A DNA stretch of 11,103 nucleotides from Candidatus Thorarchaeota archaeon. Lineage in GTDB: Archaea > Asgardarchaeota > Thorarchaeia > Thorarchaeales > Thorarchaeaceae. Positions within the stretch are counted from its first letter, which is position 1; each line of letters begins with the position of its first letter. The DNA is taken from NCBI GenBank assembly GCA_011364985.1, contig RDOC01000017.1, positions 1 through 11,103 on the forward strand. The letters are read 5' to 3'. The notes beneath the pieces were generated by a model. That model did not search any database. It had not been told where the DNA came from and saw only the letters and a list, made by a program, of their open reading frames with translations. The position numbers and the translations under genes are program-made. Positions 1-9,264 of this stretch are shown piece after piece.

Positions 1-727
<727 letters not shown>

Positions 728-740
<13 letters not shown>

Positions 741-822
741 TAAAAGTTTGACTCGCGCAGTACCTAGAGTTGTCAAGGGTCGAAGTTGTAACAGACGGAG
801 CCTCCATCCTTTGTGAGCTATT
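728..822 (+). repeat. Direct repeat copy 1 (23S 3' tail plus trailer; attL-like)
   Basis: 749-795 TGACTCGCGCAGTACCTAGAGTTGTCAAGGGTCGAAGTTGTAACAGA matches 10268-10314 at 46/47 positions. The flanks GAGGCGTGCGGTC (728-740) and GCCTCCATC (800-808) also match copy 2. Confidence 0.93.
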
Positions 823-1341
823 ATTAATTGTCATAATGTAGTAATAACAATGATAGGATTTCCTCTAGATTGTTACGTTTCTCAGGATAGCGAAGATCTG
901 TAATCTCCTGAGATCGTTCAGGGTTTTCTCTACGTGTAATGAACATCTGTCGTGTTTCAAGGAAGATCGAATCCCGAATGAATACCTTGTTTTTCTAGCA
1001 TTTCTCAGACAGTCTTCAATTTCTAATTATAGATGTTAAAAGGCGATTGATTTGAGCTGCTCAGTTTTGCTGGGCTCTCTGTTTGTTTCATGAGCAAGCC
1101 CAAGAAATCCAAATAGGCTTTTCTGTTGTTCATGATATCAAAATGCACAATGTTTCTCTGCAGAATTGACTATTTAATGAGTAGTTCCATCCAAACACTC
1201 AGTTTGTCCAAGGCATACAACTTGTGGGGGGTGGTTGTTTAAGGCTCAAAGGTGTCATGGAACCAGAGTTCCAGTTTTGTGCCGCTAATTTCATGATAAC
1301 CAAATCAATGGTCTGCATTCCTAGAAAGAGAGCTATTGTTC

Positions 1342-2769
1342 TCATAGATCGAGCCAGTCTTCCTTCGTTCTATCTCCCGCCCAATCTTCCCATTCCTTTG
1401 TTTTTGGCATCGTGATAACGATGTCTTCTTTTCTTGGACTCTGATGATCAAGAATATATCTCCATGGCGTCGATCTTGTGGCATCTTCCACATGAAACTT
1501 CAGTTTAATTCTTCCCCGAGAATCTACCGCACACCTCAGTATTCTCAAGAACTTCTGAAACTTGCGTTTTGCATATTCGTAGACTTCCTCATGGTGCTTA
1601 TCTTTGTCGTCACCTCGGAAGATTACGATGAATTCCACTTCTTCAGTATTCAGTGTCAGGATTTCCAATCGTGCTTTCAGCACATTTTCTTGCCGAAACA
1701 TTGCAGGACGAGGTCTATCCCACTCCTGCATCTCATCCATAAGTACCAGTAGAAATGGGAAGTTCATGATAGTTATGTGGTAGATAAAGTCGCAGTTGTG
1801 AGAGGCTATTGCCCTCAGAATATTACTGCGAATAAGGAATTGACGTGCGTCTTCAGGCTTTAGGCTTTTGACCTTATCCAGTTGAAAATCTGTTTCCAAG
1901 AAATATACTAGACTTCTCATTAAGATTACACAACTGAGTACGCCATGGTCATACGAATCCAATGCAACCATGAACTTGTGGTAATACTTTGGCTGAATAT
2001 GAATTGCAAACTCGCCATTGATCCCAGTTGGCTGGATCGAGGCTGCTGTGACTGAAAGTACTTGACTGCAGATGTTCTGAAACATTGGAGACACTACATA
2101 CTCCAGTTCCTTAACTGACAGCTTGCCTATTTGCTCAAATGTACTACGAACAGCTCTATTCAAGTCGTACACATTTTCCAAGGCAAGGCCAAGATCATGA
2201 CATAGAGCAATGATACACCACATTGCTTCTTTTTCTGCAACTGAAATCTTGAAATCGAATTCCTTGTTCCCGAATTTAATCTTCACTTCCCCATACTTCG
2301 TATCTCCACAATCAATGATTTCGTATCCAATTGATGGTCGAGAGAATACCTTCCAGCCCAGAAGATACGTCCTTACCACATGCACAATATGGTCTCTGTT
2401 TCGCTCAATGATTACTGATATTGACTTCTCATAGCTGCCGATTCCTGTGAACACCTTGGCCAGTTTTTCAACTCCAAAAGCAAATGCATCATGATAGTCT
2501 CTCTCCCGGTAATCATTGTGTTTCAAGTACACTATCGCATCACGAAGGAGTGTTTCCCAGAGTCCTAGAACTGTGTCCACCTGTTCGCTCAATGAGATAT
2601 CAGAAGAGAGCTTCTCAATGGCCTTGTGGGTCCTGTTTTGTTTCTTTATTTTCTTTCGAATTTTGTCAGCAAAACCAATGAAAGCGGTCTTCATCGCTTG
2701 TTTCTTGAATTCCTCAATAAGTTTCTTGTCCTCTTCCACTTTCAAAAACACTGATACATCATCTGTCAT
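1342..2769 (-). CDS. HD-superfamily metal-dependent phosphohydrolase, HD-CE-like, ~475 aa
   Basis: Motifs RDHIVHVVRTYLLG, WCIIALCHDLG, DHGVLS, AIASHN and LLVLMDEMQEWDR. The start is placed at ATG 2769 (MTDD), which overlaps the radical SAM 3' end by 11 nt, rather than at the ORF-track start 2829. Confidence 0.8.
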   Translation of the reverse strand: MTDDVSVFLKVEEDKKLIEEFKKQAMKTAFIGFADKIRKKIKKQNRTHKAIEKLSSDISLSEQVDTVLGLWETLLRDAIVYLKHNDYRERDYHDAFAFGVEKLAKVFTGIGSYEKSISVIIERNRDHIVHVVRTYLLGWKVFSRPSIGYEIIDCGDTKYGEVKIKFGNKEFDFKISVAEKEAMWCIIALCHDLGLALENVYDLNRAVRSTFEQIGKLSVKELEYVVSPMFQNICSQVLSVTAASIQPTGINGEFAIHIQPKYYHKFMVALDSYDHGVLSCVILMRSLVYFLETDFQLDKVKSLKPEDARQFLIRSNILRAIASHNCDFIYHITIMNFPFLLVLMDEMQEWDRPRPAMFRQENVLKARLEILTLNTEEVEFIVIFRGDDKDKHHEEVYEYAKRKFQKFLRILRCAVDSRGRIKLKFHVEDATRSTPWRYILDHQSPRKEDIVITMPKTKEWEDWAGDRTKEDWLDL

Positions 2770-3772
2770 GTTGCAGCACCTCTGGCTTCTGACACGATAT
2801 GATCCTTGATGATAATTCCAAAGATTCATGCTCGATACGAATGATCTGTGCCGGGCATGAATCCAGCTTGCTCTCCAGCAGCCTGCTACGAATCTTCTTT
2901 CCGGTTTCTAGCCAGCCCTTGGTCCAGTCAGATTGCCAAGCTGTCTTCAAAGATACTTCCAGAGCATTAGGGGCGCCTTTGAGCAGTAAATCATCCTTAA
3001 GCGCCTCGCAAAGCGAGAGTCGACCGTCAGATAAGATTGTCATTCTGTTACCCAGTGAACAACCATCTCTAGACCCCAAATTTAGAAAAGAGAATGGGGT
3101 TCCTAGTCTCAGAATCGAGGTCTCTTTCTGAGAAAGGTTTTCAATTTTCCTAGTGAATTGTGTCAAATCTTTCTTGGTGAGTTCTAGGGAATCCTTGTTG
3201 AGCAGTCCACGTCCCTGCGGAACAAATCTAAGAAGACTAACTTGGCTCAGCCCCTCATTTAAGGCGAAGTCGATGACTTTGTCCAAATGCTCAATATTCG
3301 CCTTTAATGGAACAAAGTGAATTGAACAAGATCCTCCCATGTTCCGTATTCTTCTGAGCGCAGTTGTTGTGAATCTGAAGCTGCCTGGCGTCCTTGTTAA
3401 TCTATCATGAATTCCCATGGGACCATGTAAGCCAAAAACCACCTCATCAGCCAGATGTGCAGTTGTTTCTAAGGTTCTGTCATCAGGAATTGAGAGTCGG
3501 CTATTTTCTCCTTTGATAACTATACCAGATGTGTATACTGCCAGCTTCAGTCCTGCATTTCTTATATGCTCTAACAAACTAAGATAGCCTGGGTACTCGA
3601 GCGGCTCTCCACCGGACAAACAGATCTTACGGGCGCCAAGGGCGAGAGACTGGTCTATTAACTCCATCCACTGACAGGTTTCTACATGGTGAACGTAACT
3701 TGGGTGGGCATTTGAAGAACAGAAACTGCACTGAAGTGGGCACTTTCTAGTAAGTTCCAAAGTAATTTCCAT
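2759..3772 (-). CDS. Radical SAM enzyme with C-terminal Twitch/SPASM-like Cys motif
   Basis: CxxxCxxC (CPLQCSFC), SGGEPL, RFVPQGRG, C-terminal GCSLGNRMTILSDGRLSLC and DSCPAQ. An RBS (GGTGAGG) lies in the end of the upstream gene. Confidence 0.92.
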   Translation of the reverse strand: MEITLELTRKCPLQCSFCSSNAHPSYVHHVETCQWMELIDQSLALGARKICLSGGEPLEYPGYLSLLEHIRNAGLKLAVYTSGIVIKGENSRLSIPDDRTLETTAHLADEVVFGLHGPMGIHDRLTRTPGSFRFTTTALRRIRNMGGSCSIHFVPLKANIEHLDKVIDFALNEGLSQVSLLRFVPQGRGLLNKDSLELTKKDLTQFTRKIENLSQKETSILRLGTPFSFLNLGSRDGCSLGNRMTILSDGRLSLCEALKDDLLLKGAPNALEVSLKTAWQSDWTKGWLETGKKIRSRLLESKLDSCPAQIIRIEHESLELSSRIISCQKPEVLQHDR

Positions 3773-3774
3773 CT

Positions 3775-4401
3775 CTAGTCCTCACCTAATACTAAAGACA
3801 TTTCTTGCGTGTGAATAATGCGACTGAAGTAGGATGGATACATGCTACGTGATAGGGCACCGTTCCCGCCTCTTATTGCATATCCCGGATGGTAGGCTTT
3901 CACTATATGTGTACCGTTCTTTCGTATCAAGTTGTCCATTGTACGTTCCATTTCCCTCCCCTGAAGATGCTTCCATACGATTGTTCCCAGTGCGACGATG
4001 ATCTTCGGTCGTATCAAGTTCATTTCTTCCACTAGATACTCAGTGCAATTGATTAATTCTTTCTCTGTAGGAGGCCGATTTCGTCCCATGGAGTCTTGCG
4101 GATTGCATTTCACTATGTTCGTGATGTAAGCTGAAAGGCGTGGTTTCACCACATTTGGCTTTGCTTCTTTGGATATGCCGGAACTAATCAATGCCTCTTG
4201 CAGCAGCATTCCTGAAGGATCCCCTGTAAAAGGAACTCCCGTTTTATCAGCACCATTTCTTCCTGGCGCCAATCCGACAATTAGTATTCCGGCAGTAGGA
4301 TCTCCGTAACCAGATACAATTCTGGACCTAGTTTTCACGAGATTCGGGCATTTGACACAGTTGTTTCTCATGCACCTACTAAGCATCGCTTCATGCTTCA
4401 T
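3775..4401 (-). CDS. Uracil-DNA glycosylase, 4Fe-4S type (family 5/UdgB-like)
   Basis: CVKCPNL, GLAPGRNGADKTGVPFTGDPSG (family-5-like GLAP motif rather than family-4 GEAP), YITNIVKCNP, NRPPT..E..C, IVALG and YHPG. Confidence 0.9.
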   Translation of the reverse strand: MKHEAMLSRCMRNNCVKCPNLVKTRSRIVSGYGDPTAGILIVGLAPGRNGADKTGVPFTGDPSGMLLQEALISSGISKEAKPNVVKPRLSAYITNIVKCNPQDSMGRNRPPTEKELINCTEYLVEEMNLIRPKIIVALGTIVWKHLQGREMERTMDNLIRKNGTHIVKAYHPGYAIRGGNGALSRSMYPSYFSRIIHTQEMSLVLGED

Positions 4402-4728
4402 TTTCTACCATCCTTGCATGTTGACTAGAAGCCCAGGTGTCTAAAGTATTTGTCGTCCGAAAGGGCATATTTGGTGCTTATCTGAATGCCAAGTTGTCCT
4501 GTATCAGCGGTAGTTATCCAGAGCATAGCCTCCTCTGTATATTTGAGAACTGCTAAAAGTGCAATACCCATATCAGCACTGATCTATCATAATAATTGTC
4601 ACATCTAGGTTTTGTTCAATACTTGAGCAATTTAATAGAAAGAGTAATTAGTCTGTTCTTCCAACCATTCTAATTCGTACTTTAAACTGCGTGTGGTGCT
4701 TAGTGCTCTTGATGGGATGGGGCAGGAA
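4402..4728. promoter_or_regulatory. AT-rich divergent promoter region with candidate TATA box TTTAAA (4681-4686) for the + strand HD gene
   Basis: Lies between head-to-head genes. TTTAAA is ~30 nt upstream of ATG 4717 and ~42 nt upstream of ATG 4729. Confidence 0.4.
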
Positions 4729-6408
4729 ATGACTATTAGAGTGAAACAATTCAGAGACGTGATTCATGGAAACATTATAATTCCTGAACTACTGGTAGAT
4801 ACAGTCGTGGACCGTAGCATCTTCCAGCGAATGAGGTGGATAAACCAAACGTCAGCGACTTATTTTGTTTACCCTTCCCTGCAGGGATCCAGATTTCAGC
4901 ATAGTCTCGGAGCTGCACATGTAATTGGACTGGCTCTAGATTATCTTGTTACCAACACGGAACTGCACACAGAGAAACGATTTAACCCTGACGAATTGCA
5001 TGATCTCTGTTTTCTTCTGCGTGCAATTCGCCCTTGGGCTCAATTTGGAGCGCTTACGCACGACATAGGGCACAACGCATTTTCGCATGTTTTTGAAGAA
5101 TCGGTACATGACTTAGTCTACGTCCTTGGACAGGAAGTTAAGGGGTTCAAGGAGAGTGGTCAGAAACTCCATGAAGACTATACCGGAATAATCACGAGCG
5201 CCATGTTAGGCGATGAAAGCATTTGCACTGCTCTTAGAGAACTTTTTCTTAAAACAACAGATGCACTCGGAATTTCACCTCGGGAGGGAAGTCCTGCGGA
5301 AAGGATTCTAGAGTTCATAAAGAAATGTACGAAAGAAGAGCTGGGACGATTGGTCTGGCATACTGTCCGAAATCCTAGAGGCAGCATTATAGAAATCCCC
5401 AAAAAACTTGAGGATCGAAAAGTAAGGGATCTTATTGAAAACACCAATACAATTGTTTGTTCCCTTCTTTCTGGCCCACTCGACGTTGACAGAGCCGATT
5501 ACATTCTTAGGGATGCATATCTATCTGGCATGAACGTTCACTTTGATCTTGATAGATATGCTGCAGTATTAGTATTAATTAAGGGTTCAGATGGTAAGGT
5601 TCGCGTAGGAGTACTAGAAAAAGGTGTTTCTCTTCTTGAGTCTTTTATGATCGCACGTTTTCATATGCACAGAGAAGTTTATGGGCACAAGCTCTCTATG
5701 GTCTATAATGGCATTCTCAGAAGGATAATGACACTTCTGATGGCTAAAACTGCTGGTGATTTTAAGATTGATCTGCCTCCGTTAGACATGCCACTTATTG
5801 TTGATAGAGCTGGGCAACAGCCAACTCTAGATGATATTGAGCCATACTTCTTGAAACTCACAGATGTCCAGATACTCCACAGAATCACTGAGATGTATAG
5901 AAGCGGCGTTCCAAATCCTCTGGGAATCCTTGTGAAGGCTTTTGTTGAGCGAAAACACTACAGACCTGAGGAAGCCAATGTTCCTCCAAAAGGAATATTC
6001 CTACGGTATGATACCAAACGCATGGTTTCAGGTGCGACAAGCAACTATTTCGAGGAATATGAGGAGAAGGTAGACCAAGTTATGTGTCCACCGAAATACA
6101 TTCGAGTCAGCGAAGAGAGAGAAGTGCTCCATTGTGCTAAACACAAACAGGATCTAATATATTGGAAACATATGTTTGGAACATCATCAAGTGACATATC
6201 ACAAGTCCCAGTTTATCAGAAGTCCGGAATGGTTGTGAAGGTGGACCATATTACGGGCCTTCTACCTCTGCTGGAAGCTTCGAGATCAGTGAGCATTCTT
6301 CTACTTGTTGCAAAATATGCTCCCAGTGCTAACTTCAAGCCAACGGACGAATCCTGGATTGCTAAACTCGTAGAAACCATGACTAGCATCACTGCAGGTG
6401 CAGCATAG
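4729..6408 (+). CDS. SAMHD1/COG1078-type HD dNTP triphosphohydrolase (complete catalytic motif set)
   Basis: FRDVIHG, VDRSIFQRMRWINQ, YPSLQGSRFQHSLG, THDIGHNAFSH, KLHED, DVDRADYILRD and ARFHMHREVYGHK. The start could be 4729, 4717 (ATG) or 4693 (GTG). Confidence 0.9.
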   Translation: MTIRVKQFRDVIHGNIIIPELLVDTVVDRSIFQRMRWINQTSATYFVYPSLQGSRFQHSLGAAHVIGLALDYLVTNTELHTEKRFNPDELHDLCFLLRAIRPWAQFGALTHDIGHNAFSHVFEESVHDLVYVLGQEVKGFKESGQKLHEDYTGIITSAMLGDESICTALRELFLKTTDALGISPREGSPAERILEFIKKCTKEELGRLVWHTVRNPRGSIIEIPKKLEDRKVRDLIENTNTIVCSLLSGPLDVDRADYILRDAYLSGMNVHFDLDRYAAVLVLIKGSDGKVRVGVLEKGVSLLESFMIARFHMHREVYGHKLSMVYNGILRRIMTLLMAKTAGDFKIDLPPLDMPLIVDRAGQQPTLDDIEPYFLKLTDVQILHRITEMYRSGVPNPLGILVKAFVERKHYRPEEANVPPKGIFLRYDTKRMVSGATSNYFEEYEEKVDQVMCPPKYIRVSEEREVLHCAKHKQDLIYWKHMFGTSSSDISQVPVYQKSGMVVKVDHITGLLPLLEASRSVSILLLVAKYAPSANFKPTDESWIAKLVETMTSITAGAA

Positions 6409-6416
6409 GTGTTGTG

Positions 6417-6442
6417 TCTAGAGCCTTGTACAAAGGGCTAGA
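6417..6442. terminator. Imperfect palindrome between convergent genes, possible terminator hairpin
   Basis: TCTAGAGCCTTGT|ACAAAGGGCTAGA (10/13 positions complementary) in the 52-nt gap between the stops at 6408 and 6461. Confidence 0.25.
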
Positions 6443-6460
6443 ATCCCCAAACCAAATTGG

Positions 6461-6727
6461 TTATTCTTCAAAGGTTGGCGAACAAGGTTTCACTAACCCC
6501 TTCTCCAAGGTAATCTTGCCTTCGTTCTTGAGACGCTGCAGTTCCTTCTCAAAGCGATCATAAGACATGACTCCATCGACAACAATAGGACATGATGCTC
6601 CTGCGAGCCGATAGTTGCCATTTAATCCAACAGCACATCGGCGCATCTCATCAAGTTTCATTCCTTTTCTATTCTCTGCTAGAAGCATTTGAATGAGATC
6701 TCGAGAACCGACAATATTGAAGGTCAT
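6461..6727 (-). CDS. Small hypothetical protein, possible winged helix-turn-helix (88 aa)
   Basis: ATG start. The pattern LIQMLL...GMKLDEM...MSYDRFEKELQRLKNEGKITLEKGLVKP resembles a recognition helix followed by a beta wing. Confidence 0.55.
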   Translation of the reverse strand: MTFNIVGSRDLIQMLLAENRKGMKLDEMRRCAVGLNGNYRLAGASCPIVVDGVMSYDRFEKELQRLKNEGKITLEKGLVKPCSPTFEE

Positions 6728-7298
6728 CTATTTCATCTCGGGTTCCTGTTTTGATTTGTGCCTATTAATCCCTACGGAACTATGTGAAATTCGCGCCAAT
6801 TGAAGTGCACATTGGCATCTAGACAACAGGCAGTAATACTGGGTGCACAATGTTTCAAATATCTGTTTCTTTTCGAAACTACTCCTGCTTTGCTCATCTG
6901 AGCAGCTCATAGACTGAAGCTCAGTCATGTTGGTTCTAATGTACTTGTCAAGGGTCAAATTCGTAACCAACCGAGCTTCCGCTCTTAGTGGGTCGATCTC
7001 CCTTTTGGACTAACCAGAAACTTGTTAATAATTCCAAAAACATGTAATCCTATCACTGGATGCAGTGAGAACCACTACTCATTTTAGAAGAATTGACTCC
7101 TACAAGAGCATAAGAACGCGCCCCACGCCCCAATGGGAATACAATCGTTGCTCGTTAAAGGATATAAAGAAGCTTCATCAGCGATGGAAAGTCATCCTTG
7201 CTCTTTCAGTAACAGCAGAGAACCCTACTATCCCATCCCGCCAGATATGATATGATGTACTTCTCAAAATGATTGTTCTTCATCCACCGATGCAACTA

Positions 7299-8708
7299 TC
7301 ATCTCTGATGGCATGTCACTAGAGATGTCATGACACCGTGTAGCCTCTGTGTCATTGATTCCACCTTTTTGCTTGGTTGTTTACGTTTCCAGGCAACTGC
7401 CTTATCATCGACTCTAAACCCAACAATTACATTCGGCAGTGCTTGCAGGGTTTTCTGAGGAACTAAAGCATGCGCCAAGTAACTAACCTCTCTTAAATCT
7501 ACAAGGCCCTCTTCACGGGGTAGTATAACAGGCATCAAATAATCAGGCAAAGAACTTCGGAGTCTTGGCATCACATCTACAATGACCTCTCCTATTCCCA
7601 GGTCAACTGCATCAGCGAGTTCTTGCTCAAGCTTCAGCAACGTATCAGGGTGAAGAATTAGATGGGAAATCTCACTTCTAGCTTCATAACTCATATTTGA
7701 ATAGCCATAGCTAAGCGTGTCACTCACATAATAGGGACAACCGTTTATTATATCCCCAGCAATACGGCGAGAATTGTCGATAGAACAGGAAGCCAAATCT
7801 TGGAGAAGTCCATCATCAGTTCTCAACCAAACCGCCTGAAGCAGGGGTTTGTACTCGTCTCTAGCATAGAACAATGCTCTTGAAGCCATTGAATGCAGAA
7901 TTCTTACGAGTCTATGAGAGTAGAGCCGCCGATAAAGAATTGCCTCCGATGCGAACATTGATTCAACTGATGGTACTCCATCAAAGGATATTGCAAGTAT
8001 ACGAGGCGTTTCAGATCCATGAAATCCTTCGACATCTCTTACTCTTAAGTTACTCATGATGCCCTCTAGGTCATAAAGCGCGAAAGGAATGGTGTTGTAA
8101 GCATCTCTGATAATGTAATCCATTCTATCTACATCTACTTCACTGCAGATTAGATTTGCAATGTACATCTTACTTGGCTCGGGATGGTTGCCAGTTATTA
8201 TCTGGGAGAGAAGCTGTGGAGCCAATCCACGGCTTTCATACTTCTCCAACAATTCGACAGCTCGCGGGATGGATCTGTGACCTGCAACTTCTAATTCAAT
8301 CTCTCCACATAGCATCATCTTTGCAACATGTTTGTCTGTAAAGGATTTTCTTTCGCCAAGCAGGTCGAGGAATCTATCAACAGCATATCCTAATGCGGAA
8401 TGTCCTATGTCATGTATTAGAGCCGCAATACCTACCTGTTTGATATCATCATGTGTGATGGAGTATCCTGTTTTAAGGTCAAACTGAAGCCTATCCATAA
8501 TTACCTTGGTAAGGTAATTCGTGCCAATTGAATGTTCAAATCGTGTGTGTTTCGCATGGGGATACACGATGTCCGCTACTGAGAGTTGGCGAATTCTTCG
8601 AAGACGTTCTAGCTCTGCACAATGAATGATATCCATCTCCAATGCATCAAGACAGATATTAGCTTTGTAGACAGGGTCATAGAACACAGGCCGACCGTAA
8701 TGCGCCAT
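7299..8708 (-). CDS. Second SAMHD1/COG1078-type HD protein with atypical active site
   Basis: FYDPVY, LERLRRIRQLSVADIVYPHAKHTRFEHSIG, IHDIGHSALGY, DVDRMDYIIRDAY and LYRRLYSHR, plus an archaeal-type C-terminal domain (LEQELADAV..EVIVDV). The start is probably ATG 8708 behind a GGTGAT RBS; alternatives are GTG 8717 or 8720. Confidence 0.88.
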   Translation of the reverse strand: MAHYGRPVFYDPVYKANICLDALEMDIIHCAELERLRRIRQLSVADIVYPHAKHTRFEHSIGTNYLTKVIMDRLQFDLKTGYSITHDDIKQVGIAALIHDIGHSALGYAVDRFLDLLGERKSFTDKHVAKMMLCGEIELEVAGHRSIPRAVELLEKYESRGLAPQLLSQIITGNHPEPSKMYIANLICSEVDVDRMDYIIRDAYNTIPFALYDLEGIMSNLRVRDVEGFHGSETPRILAISFDGVPSVESMFASEAILYRRLYSHRLVRILHSMASRALFYARDEYKPLLQAVWLRTDDGLLQDLASCSIDNSRRIAGDIINGCPYYVSDTLSYGYSNMSYEARSEISHLILHPDTLLKLEQELADAVDLGIGEVIVDVMPRLRSSLPDYLMPVILPREEGLVDLREVSYLAHALVPQKTLQALPNVIVGFRVDDKAVAWKRKQPSKKVESMTQRLHGVMTSLVTCHQR

Positions 8709-8713
8709 CGCTA

Positions 8714-9262
8714 TCACCACATACTCCCACTTTGCTGTGCATTAATATGTGATGAACCCAGTAGGCATTCTGCTGTTTCGCGAAACAATGTTTGAACGTT
8801 TTCATTCTTCTTTGCACTTGTGAGAATGTGGAGGAATCTCTTAGGATATGACTTAATGATTAGAGCTTCAAGGCCACTTGCGAATGAAACTAATGGCTTG
8901 ATGTCAGTTTTGTTACCAACCAGAATGAAGCACCTTATCCCAAGAAGTGACGATAATTCTGAAGTAAAATAGTGCCCAGCTGCTGTTGCTGTTGCTTCAC
9001 GAGACACATCATAGACGAGAATTAGAGCGTGAGCGTTAGAGTAATAGCTAGATCTAAGAGGATCATAGCGAGACTGACCAGCCAAGTCCCAGACAACCAG
9101 CCTGACATCTACTCCCCTTATTTCAATATTGAGGACGTAGATACTGCATCCAACTGTAGGCCAGTAATCTTCCTCAAACTTCCCGGTTTCGAACCTATGA
9201 CATAGTGCGGTCTTGCCTACTGCTCCAGGCCCACATACCACAACCTTGAACATCCTGTCCAT
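8714..9262 (-). CDS. Ras-superfamily (Rab-like) small GTPase
   Basis: G1 GPGAVGKT, G2 YWPTVG, G3 WDLAGQ, G4 NKTD, G5 TSAK, plus the Rab-like LRSSYY and LVYDVS segments. No C-terminal prenylation Cys. A GGAGG RBS lies upstream. Confidence 0.95.
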   Translation of the reverse strand: MDRMFKVVVCGPGAVGKTALCHRFETGKFEEDYWPTVGCSIYVLNIEIRGVDVRLVVWDLAGQSRYDPLRSSYYSNAHALILVYDVSREATATAAGHYFTSELSSLLGIRCFILVGNKTDIKPLVSFASGLEALIIKSYPKRFLHILTSAKKNENVQTLFRETAECLLGSSHINAQQSGSMW

Positions 9263-9264
9263 GC

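Noticed and set aside
741-900. 5S rRNA or tRNA downstream of the 23S
   Set aside because: No 5S motifs and no cloverleaf or TTCRA T-arm are visible.
880-913. 8-bp inverted repeat TCTCAGGA/TCCTGAGA
   Set aside because: Short, with an 18-nt spacer, and compatible with chance.
1224-3131. Short ORFs 1224-1415, 1305-1493, 1444-1752, 2210-2434, 2484-2681, 2516-2809 and 2799-3131
   Set aside because: Shadow or out-of-frame ORFs overlapping the well-supported HD and radical SAM genes.
2759-3772. Radical SAM as a viperin or as the UDG-linked TIGR03916 family
   Set aside because: It lacks viperin's N-terminal NxHxxxxCNxxCxFCF pattern and the helix-hairpin-helix C-terminus of the TIGR03916 family. 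It has a Twitch/SPASM-like tail instead.
5178-8341. Short ORFs 5178-5447, 5703-5888, 7065-7250, 7874-8059 and 8156-8341
   Set aside because: Antisense shadows of the HD genes, or lacking any motif or RBS support.
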